NCBI GenBank assembly: GCA_015059435.1
Contig: SVAJ01000001.1
Coordinates: 156,657 to 220,656 of the forward strand
Reading direction: 5' to 3'
DNA: 64,000 nt
DNA from: Bacillota bacterium
Lineage (GTDB): Bacteria; Bacillota_I; Bacilli_A; RF39; UBA660
Position numbers and translations under genes: made by a program. How positions within the stretch are numbered: the first letter of the stretch is position 1; every line of letters begins with the position of its first letter. Below are positions 63,325 to 64,000 of this stretch, one piece after another. The notes below the pieces were generated by a model. The model made no database searches. It saw nothing but the letters and a program-made list of their open reading frames with translations, and was not told the DNA's origin.

Positions 63325-64000
63325 GTTTTTCTATCCTTTCTAAAATGTCTCTTGCTGCTATTAATCCTGTTGCGGCTGCTGTTACTATGTTTCCTGCTTT
63401 ACCAGCACCGTCTCCAATAAAATATATATTGTCATTATTTAATTTAAACTTATCATCAGTTTCTATTTCATTTGAGAAGAATTTTATTTCAGGGCCATAT
63501 AATAATGTGTCATCATTATTAACTCCTGGTATTATTTCATCTAACTTTTCAAGCCCTTCTAATATATTAGTTATTATTCTATGAGGCATTACTAAAGCTA
63601 AGTCACCTGCTACACAATCTTTTAATGTTGGTTCTACAAAACCTTTTTTGATTCTATGCCATTCACTACGTCTAGCACTTCTCAAATCTTTAAGTGATTG
63701 AATAATAGGTTTTCCATCACCAAGTACATTGGCAATTCTAGCAATACTTTCGCCATATAATCTTGTATTTGTTACTGGTTCTGTTAAGTTTACTTTAGAA
63801 ATAAATGCAAAGTTCGTGTTATTAGACTTTGTATCTTTTAGAGCATGTCCATTTACACATATATATCCATAGTAATTTTCTTTAGCGACAAAACCTCCAG
63901 GATTAGTACAGAAAGTACGTATTTCATCACCATAAGTTTTTGTTTTTATAAATATTGTAGGATCATATATTGTATTAGTAATTTCATCCATTATATCTCT
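63311..64000 (-). CDS. COG2509-family FAD-dependent protein, C-terminal part (5' end beyond the right window edge)
   Basis: FCTNPGGFV and GDGAGKAGNIVTAAATGLIAARD parallel the C-terminal half of the 15714-17276 protein. The frame is still open at position 64000, so the ATG at 63991 is probably internal. Confidence 0.7.
   Translation of the reverse strand, partial: RDIMDEITNTIYDPTIFIKTKTYGDEIRTFCTNPGGFVAKENYYGYICVNGHALKDTKSNNTNFAFISKVNLTEPVTNTRLYGESIARIANVLGDGKPIIQSLKDLRSARRSEWHRIKKGFVEPTLKDCVAGDLALVMPHRIITNILEGLEKLDEIIPGVNNDDTLLYGPEIKFFSNEIETDDKFKLNNDNIYFIGDGAGKAGNIVTAAATGLIAARDILERIEKHENN

Noticed and set aside
6992-63584. Roughly 30 plus-strand ORFs of 60-140 aa in the track (for example 6992-7234, 10050-10461, 12644-13060, 15265-15600, 20066-20356, 31615-31923, 37926-38348, 59896-60195, 63345-63584)
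   Set aside because: All lie antisense inside long, well-supported minus-strand genes. Their translations are low-complexity Ser/Leu/Ile/Phe-rich strings, as expected from the reverse complement of AT-rich coding DNA. None has a convincing Shine-Dalgarno, promoter or recognisable motif.
1-64000. Possibility that this very AT-rich organism uses genetic code 4 (TGA = Trp), as in Mollicutes
   Set aside because: Long genes (polC at 1540 aa, smc, valS, pnp) are intact under the standard code, and Trp positions in conserved motifs are TGG. TGA terminates valS exactly at the expected C-terminus, and the M50 protease ORF also ends at TGA.
1-64000. CRISPR arrays, IS elements, integrases, prophage or conjugative modules, and rRNA genes
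   Set aside because: Reading both strands, I saw no regularly spaced short repeats and no transposase, recombinase, capsid or terminase-like ORFs. I also saw no rRNA-like sequence. The only stable RNA gene is tRNA-Ala.

Overview
This is a very AT-rich 64-kb chromosomal segment. It comes from a low-GC Bacillota (Firmicutes) bacterium that has a cell wall and uses the standard genetic code. All but two genes are on the minus strand. The backbone is housekeeping: mraZ (partial), thrS and valS with T-box leaders, dnaI, comEA/comEC, sigA, a SEDS protein, def, smc, rpsO-pnp, truB, ldh, polC, tRNA-Ala, radC-mreC-mreD and a cyclophilin. I saw no rRNA, CRISPR array, transposase, integrase or prophage genes. 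Several accessory or unusual segments interrupt the backbone. (1) At 32.7-41.3 kb, between truB and rpsO, sit a two-component system, a MacB-type ABC exporter, an HtrA-like protease and a membrane beta-helix protein. Five copies of an 11-bp-phased direct repeat link them, and this putative envelope-stress regulon is my best candidate for an undescribed system. (2) At 8.0-10.2 kb, between comEC and dnaI, an islet carries a DinD homologue, two unknown genes, decayed copies of a comEC fragment, and a duplicated promoter/operator-like junction module. (3) An RNase II-fold protein with a degenerate active site is translationally coupled to dnaI. (4) A cytoplasmic VanY-type peptidase domain is fused to TruB. 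(5) A Val T-box controls an HD-domain gene that overlaps valS. (6) A strong promoter plus terminator delimits an unclassified ~100-nt leader or small RNA between valS and an ABC-2 transporter. (7) Other items are a membrane-anchored serpin, a 10 x 33-aa repeat protein, a sortase B/substrate pair, and an XRE regulator paired with a membrane protein that shares its C-terminal domain. All calls rest on reading the sequence and recalling family motifs. No database search or folding computation was run.
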